Counted from the stretch's first letter, positions 25,725 to 38,522 are shown. The stretch is 64,000 nucleotides of DNA from Callorhinchus milii (GCF_018977255.1 NW_024704742.1:66404001-66468000), one strand, 5' to 3'. Notes: generated from the letters alone by a model not told the origin. Made by a program: numbers and translations.

Positions 25725-25757
25725 CCCCCCCCCCCCCCCCCCCCACACACACACACA
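25725..25757. repeat. Poly-C run followed by (CA)n
   Basis: Read directly. Confidence 0.9.
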
Positions 25758-25851
25758 GCAGAGTCTTTCAATAAGATATTTATAAATTTGATTTGGAATG
25801 TGAAATTGGCCACTAAAATGCTTCTTGTCTCTTGCGCTTGTCTCCTGACAG

Positions 25852-26022
25852 ATAGTTCAAGGTGCTACTTGTGAGGGGTACGATACATCAGCCACAGAGA
25901 CCGACGAGTAAGACCCGGGATGCAGCACGGAAGCCAGGAAATGCATGGGGAATATTGAGCCGGGGGCACAGGAGTCCTTCAGTGCTTGTTGGTGTGAGCA
26001 GTGGAAAAAAGGGACGATTACC
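25852..26022 (+). other. FAM53A: 5'UTR part of the FAM53A start-codon exon
   Basis: Pyrimidine tract then ctgacag| at 25851; continuous with the ATG at 26023. Confidence 0.7.
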
Positions 26023-26100
26023 ATGGTAACACTAATCACAGAAAAGCTGCAGAATCAGAGTTTGGAGGATATTGCTTGCAAAGCCTACAGCATTAATCTG
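26023..26100 (+). CDS. FAM53A: FAM53A first coding exon (MVTLITEKLQNQSLEDIACKAYSINL)
   Basis: Kozak-context ACCATGG; matches the recalled FAM53A N-terminus MVTLITEKLQSQSL; phase-0 donor CTG|GTAAGA. Confidence 0.93.
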
Positions 26101-26409
26101 GTAAGAGTCTCACAACGCCTTTGGTCAATTTATGATTGTTGACTTAATCTTTCATTTTCCAGATTTTTCCCTTTGACATAACTGGTGTGTTTGTTTTAAA
26201 ACAAACTATTCACTGGAAACCTGCCCTTTCCAGTTGCTAGCATCCTTCCCGCATTTTTAAACCAGAACTTTGCCAAGCCAAAGAATGGTGTCGTTTGTTC
26301 CCCCTCATGGTGAGGAATCGAAGACCCTGGTTTATTCTACTTTAGCTCATTCCTACCTGGGTAACAGGATTTTACCCTTCACAGCACTTTTATTCCGCTA
26401 CGGTGAGTG

Positions 26410-26660
26410 AGCGAATGAAATCAGGATGCATTTTTTCACCCAAAGGGTAATGAAAATCTGGAATGCTCTCTTCCAAAAGGGTGTGGATCCTGGATCCATT
26501 CAAATTTTCAAGACTGAGGTGGACAGATTTTTGTTAAGTAAGCGTATCGAGATATGGGACGAGGGCGGGTAATTGGAGTTAAGGTACGGATCAGCCCGTG
26601 ATCTAATAGAATGGCGGAACAGGTTGGAGGGGCTGAATGGCCTACTCCTGTTCCTATGAG
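26410..26660 (+). mobile_element. CR1-type 3' end fragment
   Basis: TTTTTCACCCAAAGGGTAATGAAAATCTGGAATGCTCT...GGCTGAATGGCCTACTCCTGTTCCTATG. Confidence 0.75.
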
Positions 26661-27530
26661 CTTCAGTAATGGCAGGCCTGGCGCGGCTGGTTCTAAATTT
26701 GCCCTGAGAGGAACACTCTATTTCTGCAGCATTGTATTTAGCCCTCAATGGGCTGGCAGTTTCAAAGCCATTCATGCATCCCTTGGGAATTGTATTCTTG
26801 GGAATGGGTTTTTGGAGGCAGAAGTGTTTTCTCTGGCTGTTTAAACTATTCTTGTATTGGTCAGTATCGCAATCAGACTGGCAACAACTGTCAGGAAAGA
26901 CCTTGCTAGTGTATTAAACCACCCCTTCCCCCATTCTTCTGATTGCCTTCCATGCCAGACTTCTCATGGTTCCACCATCTAAGCATTACCTTTCCTTAGT
27001 TGTAGAACACTGATTCTCACACAGTCCTTCCCTGTTGTAAGATTCCTTTCTTTCTGTTTCTCACATTCCCGCCGAATGTCATTTCTTGAGGAGGCAAGCA
27101 ACCTGTTGCCTGGCCTCTGCCAGTTGTTGTTTATAATGCACAGAAAATTCACCTACAAAATATACAATGTATACTATAAATTAAAATTGGCAAAGCGCTT
27201 TGAGAACTCGTCCTGATGTGAAGGGTGCCATGTCAAATGCAAGTTTTATTTAACTTGGGCATAGGAGAAGGGTTCTGGGCTGATTTACCTTTTGATATAT
27301 CCACCTTTGCAGAGGAGTTCTTGCTTGACCTCAACTCAATGACCATCTCTCCCGCTTTTCAGGGATAATAATCCCTTCCCAAAAAATATTTGGACACTCA
27401 ATCCCGAATGTTTATGGAACACTGACTCTGTGCACAATTGGCTGCAGTATTTTGCCTGTAAAATACCCGGTCAATTTACTTATATATTCTGTGAAGTGCT
27501 TTGAGACATCTCAACACCACTATATCAAAT

Positions 27531-29697
27531 CATAGAATTGTGCAGCACAAAAAGAGGCCATTCGGCCCATCGAGTTTGTGCCGGCTCTTTGAATAGAGCA
27601 ATTAATGTCAATCCCACTCCCCAACCCTTTCCCCATAACCCTGCAAACCCGTCCTCCTCAAACATCCATCCACCGCGTTTTTAAAAGCCGTTATCGAATC
27701 GGCCTCGACCACCCTTTCAGGCAACGCATTCCAGATTCGAACAAGTCGCTGCGTGAAAACATTTCTTCTCACCTTCCCTCTGCTTCTTTTGGAGACTATT
27801 TTGAATCTGTGACCTCAAGTCACTGACACACCCACCAGTGGAAACAGTTTTTCCCTTTCTAACCTATCAAATCCCCTCATGATTTTGAAGACCTCTATTA
27901 GGTCTCCTCGTAACCTTCTCTGCTCCAATGAGAATAATCCCAGCCTCTCTAGCCTTTCCTCATAATCAAGGTCCCTCATTCCTGGTACCATCCTCGTAAA
28001 TCTCCTCTGCACCCTTTCCAATGCCTTAACACCTTCCTATAGTGTGGTGCCCAGAACTGGGCCCAGTATTCTAACTGAGGCCTAACCAGTGTTTTATATA
28101 GGTTAATCATAACCTCCTGACTCTTGTACTCTATGCCCCTATTTATAAAGCCTAGTATCCCATATGCCCTTTTTACAGCTTTATCTACCTGTCCTGCCAC
28201 CTTCAAGGATTCATTTACCTGAACCCCCAGGTCTCTCTGTTCTTCACCCCCCTTAAGATTGTATTACCAGCCTGTATTGCCTCCCCTCATTCTTTCTACC
28301 AAAATGCATTATCGCGCATTTCTCCACATTGAAATTCATCTGCCATGTGTCTGCCCATTTTACCATTCTGTCTATGTCTTCCTGCAGTTGGCTGCTATCC
28401 TTCTCACTGTTTACCACCCTACCTAACTTTGTGTCGTCCGCAACCTTGGAAATGGTACTTGCTATACCCAAGTCCACATCATTTATATAAAGAAGAGCAG
28501 TGGTCCTAATACCGATCCCTGGGGGACGCCACTGTACACTTCCCTCCAGTCAGAAAAGCAGCCGTTCACCACAACTCTCTGCTTTCTGTCTCCCAGTCAG
28601 TTCTGGGTCCATGCTGCCACTGTCCCTTTTATACCATGGGCTTCTATTTTTCTTACAAGTCTTTCATGTGGCACTTTGTCAAATGCCTTTTGAAAGTCCA
28701 TATAAACTACATCTACTGCTCTACCTTTATCCACCCTCTTCATTACCTCCTCGAAAAATTCTATTAGATTAGACAAGATTAGCCTTTAACCAATCTGACC
28801 TGGCTGTCCCTAATTAACCCACATTCTTCTAAGTGAAGATTTATTCTGTCCCGGATTATAGTCTCCAGGAGTTTCCCCACTAGTGATGTTAGGCTGACTG
28901 GCCTGTCGTTCCCAGGTTTGTCCTTCTGCCCCTTTTTTTACAGGGAAGTAACATTGGCCACTCTCCAGTCCTCTGGCTACCACCCCTGTGTCCAATGAAG
29001 ATTGAAAAATTGTAGCCAAAGCCTCCGTTATCTGTACCCGTGCATCCCATAGTACCCTTGGCTGCATCCCGTCCGGACCGGATGACTTATCTACCTTGAG
29101 CCCAGTCAACCTTTTCAGTACTTCCTCTTTGTTTATACTTATTCTATCCATTTCCACTACCCTCTCCTCCGATACTGCGGCATTTGGTGCATCCACTTCT
29201 TTTGTGAAGTCAGATGCAAAGTACTCATTCAGCACATCAGCCATGCCCTCTGCCTCCACAATAAGATTTCCCCCTTGGTCCTTAATTGGCCCCACCCAAC
29301 CTTTGACTTGTCTTTTTGTTTGTAAAATATTTTAGAATTCCCTTTAATGTTACCCGCTAACCTTTTTTCGTATAATCTTTTTGCCCCTCTTATTTCCTTT
29401 TTCAAACCTCTTCTGCACTTCCTATATTCTATTTGGTTGTCTTCTGTATCTTGGGTTTGACATTTGTCATACGCCTCCTTTTTCTGCTTCATTTTAGATA
29501 CAATTACCTTTGTCATCCAGGGAGGTTTGGAAGCCCTACTTTTCCTTTTTGTGGGAATGTATTTATTTTGTCCCCGAGCTATCTCATCCTTGAAGACTTC
29601 CCACTACTCTTTAGTTGTTTTACCTGCCAATCTTTCTTTCCAGTCCACCTTGGCTAGGTCCCTTTTTAACTCACTGAAATTTGCCTTCTTCCAAGTT
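27531..29697 (-). mobile_element. Young 5'-truncated CR1 LINE, about 2.2 kb, disrupted ORF2 (RT)
   Basis: Minus ORF pieces VADDTKLG (RT catalytic xADD), VLNEYFAS, LYKTLVRPQLEY, ERVQRRFTRMVPG, WKKANFSELKRDL; CATAGAAT tail at 27531. Confidence 0.93.
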
Positions 29698-32124
29698 GAA
29701 TCAGAGATTATTATTTGCAATCTAACCTCCCCTGCGCAAAACTCCCCCCACTCCTGCCCCCAGAGTTTCCCTTCAGAGGCAGTACACATCCTAATACACT
29801 AGTCTTTGCAAGTTAAATTTACTAATAACCTGTAAATCTGATTGAAAAGATAGCTTTCTTGTACCGCGCAACCTTTTGAGGTCTAGACTCAGTTTCCACT
29901 CAGTCTGCATGTTAGACATCGGTTAGTCATCTTTATGAAGATTTCAAAAGCTAACCACTTAATTGGAATTTTAAGGAAGTGGAAGGAATGTGGATTCCAA
30001 ACTATGAAGTCAAACGTTTAGTTTAAGGAAAATAATTAGCCCTTCACGAGTAAGCGGGTGTTTACATATTTTCATTTCTACTCGCACTTGCAAGGGTAAA
30101 ACTGGCCACCCTTTGTTTTGCTGGGAGTTGACAATGTATTGCTCACGGACGTGTCTGTAGATAGTGTTGGTGCTGAAGTTAGCCACATATTCAGAGGCCG
30201 ATGTTCCTCCCAGACACCACTGAAACGCTTAGGTTTTCCACTATACGAGTGCAGTATTGATTAAAGTTTGTAATGAGGCTTTGAAAATGAGCTAAAGTGC
30301 CACATTAAAAGCATCATGTAGTATCACAGTGATTTTTATGGCACCAGTGTTATGGCAAGTATTACTATCCCATTTGGTCTGTTAGGAATGCTAAAGACAT
30401 CTAGACTGAGATCACCATTCTGTAAATGTTTCTTTTGTTTCAAGCTTTTTAATTCTATAATTGTAGAATACGGCACAGAAACAGGCCATTTGACCTGGTA
30501 CAGGGTATACCGACCGGAAAGGAGGAGTGTACAGGACTGGAAACAAACTCTCACCCACCTTGACCCGCTTGTTTTATACACACCATGTTTCAAGTAACCT
30601 GCCATATAACGCACATAACACCCATCATCAAGACCTAAAGCTTTCCCCACAACTTTTGAACACAAGATGGTAATGAAGTGTAGGACCAGTAAGTTTCAAC
30701 CACAAATGCAAGGAGCCTGTAAACAGCCAGCACTATACAGACACCATGTAAATATATTTGCATTACAAATTGCATTACAATGGTCCTTTTTTACACAAGA
30801 GAAGAGACTAAGAGAAAATGTAATTGAGATGTTCAAAATTATGAAAGGGTTTGATAAATAGACTGTTCTTCCGTGTAATATACCTCACACTGTCCCTAGT
30901 TACACTCCCAGTTTGCGCACAGCAATGTCTCAAAGAGCCATGGAATGAGGGACCAATTTTAGTTGGGGGTTTGTTGGCCAGGACACTGGGAGAAGCTCTC
31001 TTCTCTTTTCGAGTAGTGCCAAGAGTTGCAGTTGACATGGAAACTGGTGGGCTCGGTGGGCTGAATGGCCTACTCCTGTTCTTCTGTTGATATGGATGCC
31101 TTACCTTGTTGCAACGTCTCGATGCTTTGCACAATGTGTAATTTACACACTTTACCTTTGCATGTAGTGACTGTTTTGCAGAGAAGTGTGGCAGCTAATT
31201 TGCATCCCTCCAAACTGAACACCAGTAAGATGAATGACATTATTTTGTCTGTTTGGGTGTTGGTGGGGAGGGGAAAGAAATATTGGTTAGGAGCTGATAG
31301 AGAAAATGGATTTTTCATTTCGTTAAATCTAGTGATGCAAAGCTGCAGATAATCACTCATGATGTGGAGGTGGAAACGAGTTGTATTTACTCCAAAAATA
31401 TTTTCTTCCTACAAGGTTGGACATTGGCCAAAATGCATTTGACAGGGGCTCATTGATTTGACGTCATGGAAGCAGGCCCAGCCAAAGTAGTTATGAATCT
31501 TAAGGTGTTGATTTTGGGCAAAGTAAATGGTGGCTTGCTTGTTCAGTGGGACAGGCTGCGAGGTGAAGGGTTGAGTCTCCACGATCAAGTCTCCAACAAG
31601 CTATTGCCCTGTAATTTCAAATTGCCTGACAAGTTTACGCAGGCTGCTCCTTTGTATCCAAGGAAGCAAACAGGATGGTGAGCCTACAATGTGATTGAAT
31701 GTGTGTACACCCGCACACAAAGTTACAATACTTTGTATTCACCCACAAAGTACACAGTCGATGCATTTTACAATATGTTCTGTGAAGCGCTTTGAGTTAT
31801 CTAAATGACGTGATAAGGCACTATATGAAATGCAAGGATTATTATTGTTAATACAAGGGTGTGTTTGCTTGAGGTTTTCTAGCCTTACATTTTAAAGCTT
31901 TGTGACATGAAACTGAATTTTACTTCATTTCTTTTAAAAAAATGAATTAACTGATTTGTAACAGGAAGTCTTCATATTCACAGTTTAATAACTTGTCTTC
32001 TCTAAACTTGACCTGTTTTTAGACCTATGGTTGGTATTTCCCTTTTGGCATAGTTACAAGGAGGAGGACACCATTCAGCTCATTGATCTTTTTTTTAATT
32101 GGATCATGTTTTATTTTCTTGGAT

Positions 32125-32510
32125 AGGTGTCTGATGCATGCAAATACCCATCACTGTGCTTGTGTGTCTGACAGAGTTCACATATATGTCATCCACATAT
32201 GGAAATTTCCATTCTGGAATGGAATGTGCACTCTCTCCGTAGGGACACACGCTGCTTGTCTAATTCTGGAGATTTTGCCCACAAAATGTACAGTCAGTTC
32301 ACTTCACAATATAATCTGAAATGCTTTGAGACGTCTCAACGATGTAATAATGCCCTATATCACTTTAGTCTATTCTGTGAAGCGCTTTGAGACATCGAGA
32401 AGATGTGAAAAGCGCTATATCAAATGCAAGGATTATTATTATTATATCAAATGCAAGGATTATTAATTCTGGAGATTGTTGGGTGCAAAATGTCAAGAAC
32501 CAAGGCTTGG
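32125..32510 (+). repeat. Family X copy split by a SINE-tail insertion (32275-32463)
   Basis: GTGTCTGATGCATGCAAATACCCATC start shared with 39090 and 63835; 14-nt direct repeat TAATTCTGGAGATT at 32261-32274 and 32464-32477. Confidence 0.75.
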
Positions 32511-32813
32511 TGTGCGTTGGTGCACTGTTGGAGTTTAAGTAGCAAAACTGTATAGCTTAGTATGTTCTATGCATACATCATATTTATATCTACATAGATC
32601 AAGTATCTGTGCATAGCATAGATCATGGTGGATATTTCAATCTGATTTTCCCTATCTTTTATCTACACGCAGAATTACTTAGAATGATGTGGCATGGAAA
32701 CGGGCCATTTGGCCAAATTATTCTGTGCTGGTGATTGTACTCCACATACGCCTTCACCTATGCAAATCTACTTTCCCATTTGCCTCCATACCCTCTACCT
32801 CATGTAGATTTGT

Positions 32814-33090
32814 GGAGTCCTGTAGTGTAGTGGTTAGAGCACTCGCCTCTCAACCTTAGGCAGGTTTCCTTACTCCCCACACCTCTGTTTACCTTGGAGT
32901 AAGTAAGAATCTGGTTGTTAGTCGATTGGCGGATCAATTTCCTGGGTAATAATCCCTTAATAAAATTGTATAATATATGTGTTACTTTTCACCCACAAAA
33001 TACAATTAGTTCACTTTAAATATATTCCGTGAAGCGCTTTGAGACGTCTCAATGACATGATAAGGCCCTATATCAAATTATTATTATTAT
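32814..33090 (+). mobile_element. Young tRNA-SINE, long version with deletions
   Basis: GGAGTCCTGTAG..GTGGTTAGAGCACTCGCC head, internal GTTTACC..GTAAGTAAG segment, (ATT)n tail. Confidence 0.8.
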
Positions 33091-33435
33091 CATGTATGTA
33101 TGGAAGACTATCTCACACAGTAGATTCCACATAACACAATGTTTGGGTCCATAAAACTAGATGGTTTTATAACCAAGGTGATTGTATCTTCAAATGCAGA
33201 CCTCAAAACCCTACAAGAAATACAGGAGAAATGTTTTCAGTAAAAGAATGATGGGCAGGTGGAGCAAGCCTACAGTACAGAAAGTGGACCTAGAAACGTG
33301 AAAAGGGTTTATAAATGAAACATGTTCGTGTCACCTTAAAAAAACAAAAAGTAGGGTTAGTTTGATTTGGAGATCCAGAACTATAGAAATAAACACAGAA
33401 GAAGTTTGGCCCATTGTCTGTGTTGGCTCTTTGAA

Positions 33436-33792
33436 GAGTCTTGTAGCTTAGTGGTTACAGCACTCGCCTCGCAGGCGAGAGTACCTGGGTTTGATTCCCC
33501 GGCAGGGCGAAACATTGGACAAGTTTCCTGACTCCACACACCTCTGTTTACCTATCAATAAGTAGGAACCTAGTTGTTAGTTGATTGGCAGATTGCTTTT
33601 CCTGGGGTAATAATCTCTTTTAAAAAAAATAATAGTTTGGTCATTCAATCCACACCTGCTGTGTGCAATTGGCTGCCACGTTTCACCCACAAAATATACA
33701 ATCAATTCACTTTACAGTATATTCTGTGAAGCGCTTTGAGACGTCTCAAAGACGTGCTAAGGCTCTATATGAAATTCAAGGATTATTATTAT
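33436..33792 (+). mobile_element. Young tRNA-SINE, long version
   Basis: Head, B-box-like GGTTTGATTCC, internal segment and tail all present. Confidence 0.88.
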
Positions 33793-34359
33793 CAAAGGAA
33801 TCTTATGGGAGATCAGATAGGTGAGGAAGCTGCACAGATGCTCCCCACCTGCCTGAAATTGCTACAGTTTATTTACACTTTTTCAAACTGGCCCAGGTTT
33901 CAAACTTACTTTCAAGATAACCATGAAATGGGGTGCCTCCTTTTTCAAGGGTTGACACCCAAGCTGACATCTTTGCTGCACGTTCATGCTCAAATGTGCT
34001 GATTAGATAAAGTAACTGGTGGTGTTGCTGCTTTATCCGTATGTGCACAAAGTCCCTCACCCCTGAACTTTGCAAAGTAACTGAGCTTCAACATTTTTAC
34101 CAAAAACACCTTCTTTGAGCCTGGTCAGGGTCACGCAGGAGTGTGTTGCACGTCCTGCCTATGTGCAAATTCCTTCAATATCATCGGCCAGATTGTTGGT
34201 GCTTTATAATCAAATGGATACCATGTGGGAGGTGCCATTCAGCGCAGTCGGCAGTTTCTAGACTTGTAGGAGATTTAGTTTCCAGTTAGCATTACTGTAA
34301 GGTGCTGCTTTGAGATATTGTTGATTTTTTTTGGAGGTTACCAGCGGGCCTGAAATGTC

Positions 34360-34790
34360 TTAATAATCCTTGCATTTGAAGCACCTTTCACGTCAGGAAA
34401 ATGTCTCAAAAGCGCTTCACAGGATTTTACTCTTAAGGTGTAGTGACTGTGTATTTGTAGGACAATGAGGCAGCGAATTTGCACACATTCTGCCACGAAC
34501 ATTCATGAAATAAGGAACAGTTGTATTTGGGAGATTGTTGGCAGGGATACCAGGAGAAATTCCCTTCTCTTTTTGTATCATGTCATGGGTTCTTTAAAGT
34601 CCTCCTGAACAGGCAGACAGGACCTCAAACTTAATGTCTCTTCCGAAAGACAGCACCTCCAACACTGCAACATACTCCAGCATTACGTTGGGAGTGTAAG
34701 TCAGAATTATGTGGGTTCATAAACCCAACGCGACTTGAATCCACCACTTTCTGACGCGGAGGTGGGAGTGCCAGCAGGTTATCTAAGCAA
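34360..34790 (-). mobile_element. Old Deu-type SINE
   Basis: Reverse complement of the 8715-9120 type (CCTGAACAGGCAGAC..GACAGCACCTCCAACA). Confidence 0.7.
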
Positions 34791-34800
34791 CAATTGCTTT

Positions 34801-35405
34801 CATAGAATAGAATTTTACAGCACAGAAGGAGGCCATTCGGCCTATCGTGCCTGTGCTGACTCTTTGAAAGCTACAAACTGGTCTTACTCCCTTACTCTTA
34901 TCCCATAGCCCTGCAAATTCTTCCTTTTTAGGTACTTATTCAATTCCCTTATGAAAGCTATTATCGAATCTACATTCACTACCCTTTCAGGCAGTGCATT
35001 CCAGACCGTAACTACTCTCTGAGTAAAAAAATTTCTCCTCGTCTCCCTTCTGGTTCTTTGGCTAATTATTTTAAATCTATGTGCCGTGGTTACCGACCCA
35101 CCTACCAGTGGAAACAGTGTCTCTCTATCGATTCTATCAAAATCTCTCATAATTTTGAACACCTCTATTTAATCTCCCCTCAATCTTTTTTGCTCTAAGG
35201 AGAATAAGCCTCTCTAGTCTCTCCACATAATTGTTGTCCCTCATCTCTTTAGTATAATTCTTGTAAATCTTCGCTGCGCCCTCTCCAAAGCCCTGACATC
35301 CTTCCTAAAGTGTAAAGCCCAGAATTGGACACAATAGCTGAGGTCTAGGTTCAACATAACTTCCTTGCTCTTATACTGTATGTCTCTATCAATAAAGCCA
35401 AGAAT
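34801..35405 (-). mobile_element. CR1 LINE 3' fragment
   Basis: Minus ORF FKIMRDFDRID..RRNFFTQRVVTVWNALPERVV; CATAGAATAGAAT tail. Confidence 0.88.
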
Positions 35406-36331
35406 GCTTTGTTGAAACTCTAAATTAAGTGTTTTGGTAGGGAGCTGAAGGCTCGGTCAAAGAGAAAGGTCTTGAGACCGGCCTTGAAGGAGGAAAGGGA
35501 GGAAACGGCGAAGGCACTGGGGGATGGAGTTCCCCCAGTGAGAAGCTTCTCAAACGTTTTAAATATTTACTTTGAAGTGAAGTGACTGCTGCTGTTTGGA
35601 CCATCAAGTCCCTAGACTATGACATATATATGGTTTTCTTGGCTAATTTTAGATGAGAGCGGAATACTAGCCTGGGACATTGGAAGAAAGAAATTCCTGC
35701 TCTCATTTGAAATGGTGCCATGGGATATCCATCTGGTTACCTGAGCACTATATTGGAGTCCCGTCGTAGTTTCTGAGCTCCAGTCCTGGTGTGGGGCCTT
35801 GGCTTTATAGCTTTTATCTGTCAGGAAATGGGATGGTAAGTGTTTGTCTGAACTACTTGAGCCTGGTCATCGTTCTGAAACCCAGTGCTTTGTGTAGTTT
35901 GTACCCCCTCATAAAGCAGCCTGTTGTGAAGGCAGACAAAGGAGAACAGGTAGTGAAAAGGAACCAGACGTTATGCAAATACTCCACTGCTGAATCCTGC
36001 TTTGTGAAATCCATTTGCGTCAAATTTGGTTTTAACAGTTAGGGTTTAGCGACAGTTGGTTCTGTAAGCAAGAACATACGGGCAGGAAATCAAACACCTT
36101 GCCTTCTGAACATGAATTTTCAGCACTGAAGGAGCGATTTCTTCACCTTAAGAATAAATGCAAGCCACAAGCAAAACTTCTGTTCAGATTGAAGTTTCCC
36201 AGTTTTTATTTCAGCCTTGTTGCTGTGCCAAATGTTAAGTGGCTGATGAACCTGAAATTTAGTTTCTCTGAAAAATGAGCTGAGTTTGGGTTGAGATAGA
36301 GGAATACCCCTGTCTATATTGCAGGTCAAGG

Positions 36332-36664
36332 GATAATAATAATAATAATAATAATAATAATCCTTGCATTTGATATAGCGCTTGTCACGTCGGGAGGACG
36401 TCCCAAAGCGCTTCACAGAATATACTGTAAAGTGAATTGACTGTATATTTGTGGGCGAACGCGGCAGCCAATTGCGCACAGCGGTGTCCCTCCAACAGCC
36501 GTAGATTGAAAATGACCAATTTATTATTGTTTTTGGTTTTGGAGTGATTATTATTAGGTGTGTGGAGTAAGGAAACTTGCCCAAGGTTTCGCCCTCTGCC
36601 TGGAATTGAACTCAGGTCTCTCATCTGCAAAGCGAGTGCTCTAACCACTGAGCTACAGGACTCC
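36332..36664 (-). mobile_element. Young tRNA-SINE, full-length short version, long (TAA)n tail
   Basis: CpG-rich and very similar to 12872-13179; head GGAGTCCTGTAGCTCAGTGGTTAGAG on the minus strand. Confidence 0.92.
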
Positions 36665-36699
36665 ACAACGAAGCAGAACATGAATGCATAAAATCCTGT

Positions 36700-37242
36700 T
36701 GTTTCAATGCAGAGTGAAATAGTGTGCGGGTGGGAGGCGAAGCAACATTCTGGAGAGATTATTACTAGAATTTTCTTCACAGTGATGGGACCGAAGGTTT
36801 TCAACAATGCCCGACCCCCAACCAAAAAAACTACATTGCGCAAAGCTATCGGGATCTTTTGGGAGCTGTGCAATAGAGATTTCTGGTTCTTTAACAAGTC
36901 CAACCTTGAATTGTCTACACATCCCTTCATACCCTGACACCTCCCTACCTTTCTGACCTCTTTCTTCACTCCACTGATTGCCGCCTCCATTTGGCCGGCT
37001 CTGGCCTCCCACATGTCCCTCGTGCCCTACGCTCCACCATCACCATCAACAAAGCTTTCAGCTTCTATGCCCCGAAGCTTTGGAACTCTCTCCCTTAATC
37101 CCGCCATCTTGCCCCCACTTTCCGCTTCTTCCGTGCTTATGGTCACCTCCCCCCAGCTTGGAGTTAGGCCCTGCCACCGTTAAGTGCTCCAAGACGCTAC
37201 CCCACGTGACGAACGATATATAAAAGCGAGTTGTTGTTGTTG
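36700..37242 (+). mobile_element. L2-type LINE 3' fragment
   Basis: AAAGCTTTCAGCTTCTATGCCCCGAAGCTTTGGAACTCTCTCCCT reads KAFSFYAPKLWNSLP; (GTT)n tail. Left boundary uncertain. Confidence 0.7.
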
Positions 37243-38522
37243 AATTGACCGTGAAATCTGTAACCAAATAGCTGCTTCAAAACTGGCTAGCTTATTTCCC
37301 AGATAACTTGATTTGTTCCTCTTTGAAAGTCTTATCTTGCTGCTGTTAAATTTAATTTTCTTTCATATACCCCCTGCCCCACGTTCAGCTGTACAGCTAT
37401 GTGGGTAGGTGCATTTTAATTTTCTACAAATTACAGTGTTTAATCCACTACATGACTCCTCACAGAACTCTACCCTATTGGGTGCACTAAGCACACTGTC
37501 TTGGAAATCCTATTAACCCTCAATAAGCCATCTGACTAGCACGAGGGCCGAGTTCATAATGTTGCCAATTAAAGAGGTTCTTGTGATCGCGGCTCCAGAA
37601 CTAGTGTGTGTACTGGGATTGGCAGCACTACAAATCTCCCAGGACAAAATAACCCTTAGCAGCATTGCACAAGGACATTTATTTCTAACAGCACAAATGT
37701 GCATGCAATGAAAGTCTCTGAACAATGTTATCTGTTCTGGCATCTTTCACTATTTACAAGGTTCCTTATTAAGAATCCTTTGGATTCTGGCTGATTTGTA
37801 TATTTTAAACCTGTAGCTGAAGTAAAAAGCTGGAACATTGTAATACAATGGATGGGATGGACGAGGGTCCTTATGGATGTTGTGTTTTTGACTTTTACAA
37901 AATGTTTTTTGGTAAATCTAGTGCTTGGGTTGGGTAGACGAACCTGTTAAATGCAATTTTGGTGTAGGTGCAAATGCAGTATCGGGTAGGTATCTTGAGT
38001 GAGAGCTTTGAGGGAAACCTTTTTGAGCTTTCATTGCTGTTCATTTTAAATGCTGAGTAAACTGGCACTTAATGCTGAGTAAACTAGTATTGTTGTTTTG
38101 CCCACAAAATACAGTCGATCCACTTTACAATATATTCTGTGAAGCGTTTGAGACATCTCAACGATGTGATAAGGCGCTATATCAAATGTAAGGATAACCT
38201 AGGGTGTTGCAAACTGGGCAAATAAATCTTTGCAAATTGCTTCTTGCTTGATCATTTGGAGCATGCCATTTTGAATGTTTTGCGTGTGCTCTACATGTGT
38301 CATACTGTGTTCTTTTCTGTGAATGTTGCACGGTATCTTAACGCAATAGGCAAGTCCTCAAGAGGTTGCCTAGGAGTTAGTACTGTGGAAAAAACAAACC
38401 TTTAATTTCTGAGGATAATTCCTGGTCCATTTCAGGATTTTTGTACACCTTTGCCTGGACGTTGTCACACCATCCCTATTTCCGTGGTGTTGAAATGTTT
38501 TTTTTTCTCTGGTTGATTTCAG

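Noticed and set aside
27815..29789. Cluster of minus-strand ORFs as a functional reverse-transcriptase gene or novel RT system
   Set aside because: Ordinary 5'-truncated CR1 ORF2 with frameshifts, stops and deletions.
32275..32463. CRISPR-like repeated units
   Set aside because: Duplicated SINE tails without a regular repeat-spacer pattern, in a vertebrate genome.
36120..37014. 154-aa and 209-aa minus-strand ORFs
   Set aside because: Read-through of a SINE and antisense L2; the KCKDYYYY motif recurs in many SINE copies.
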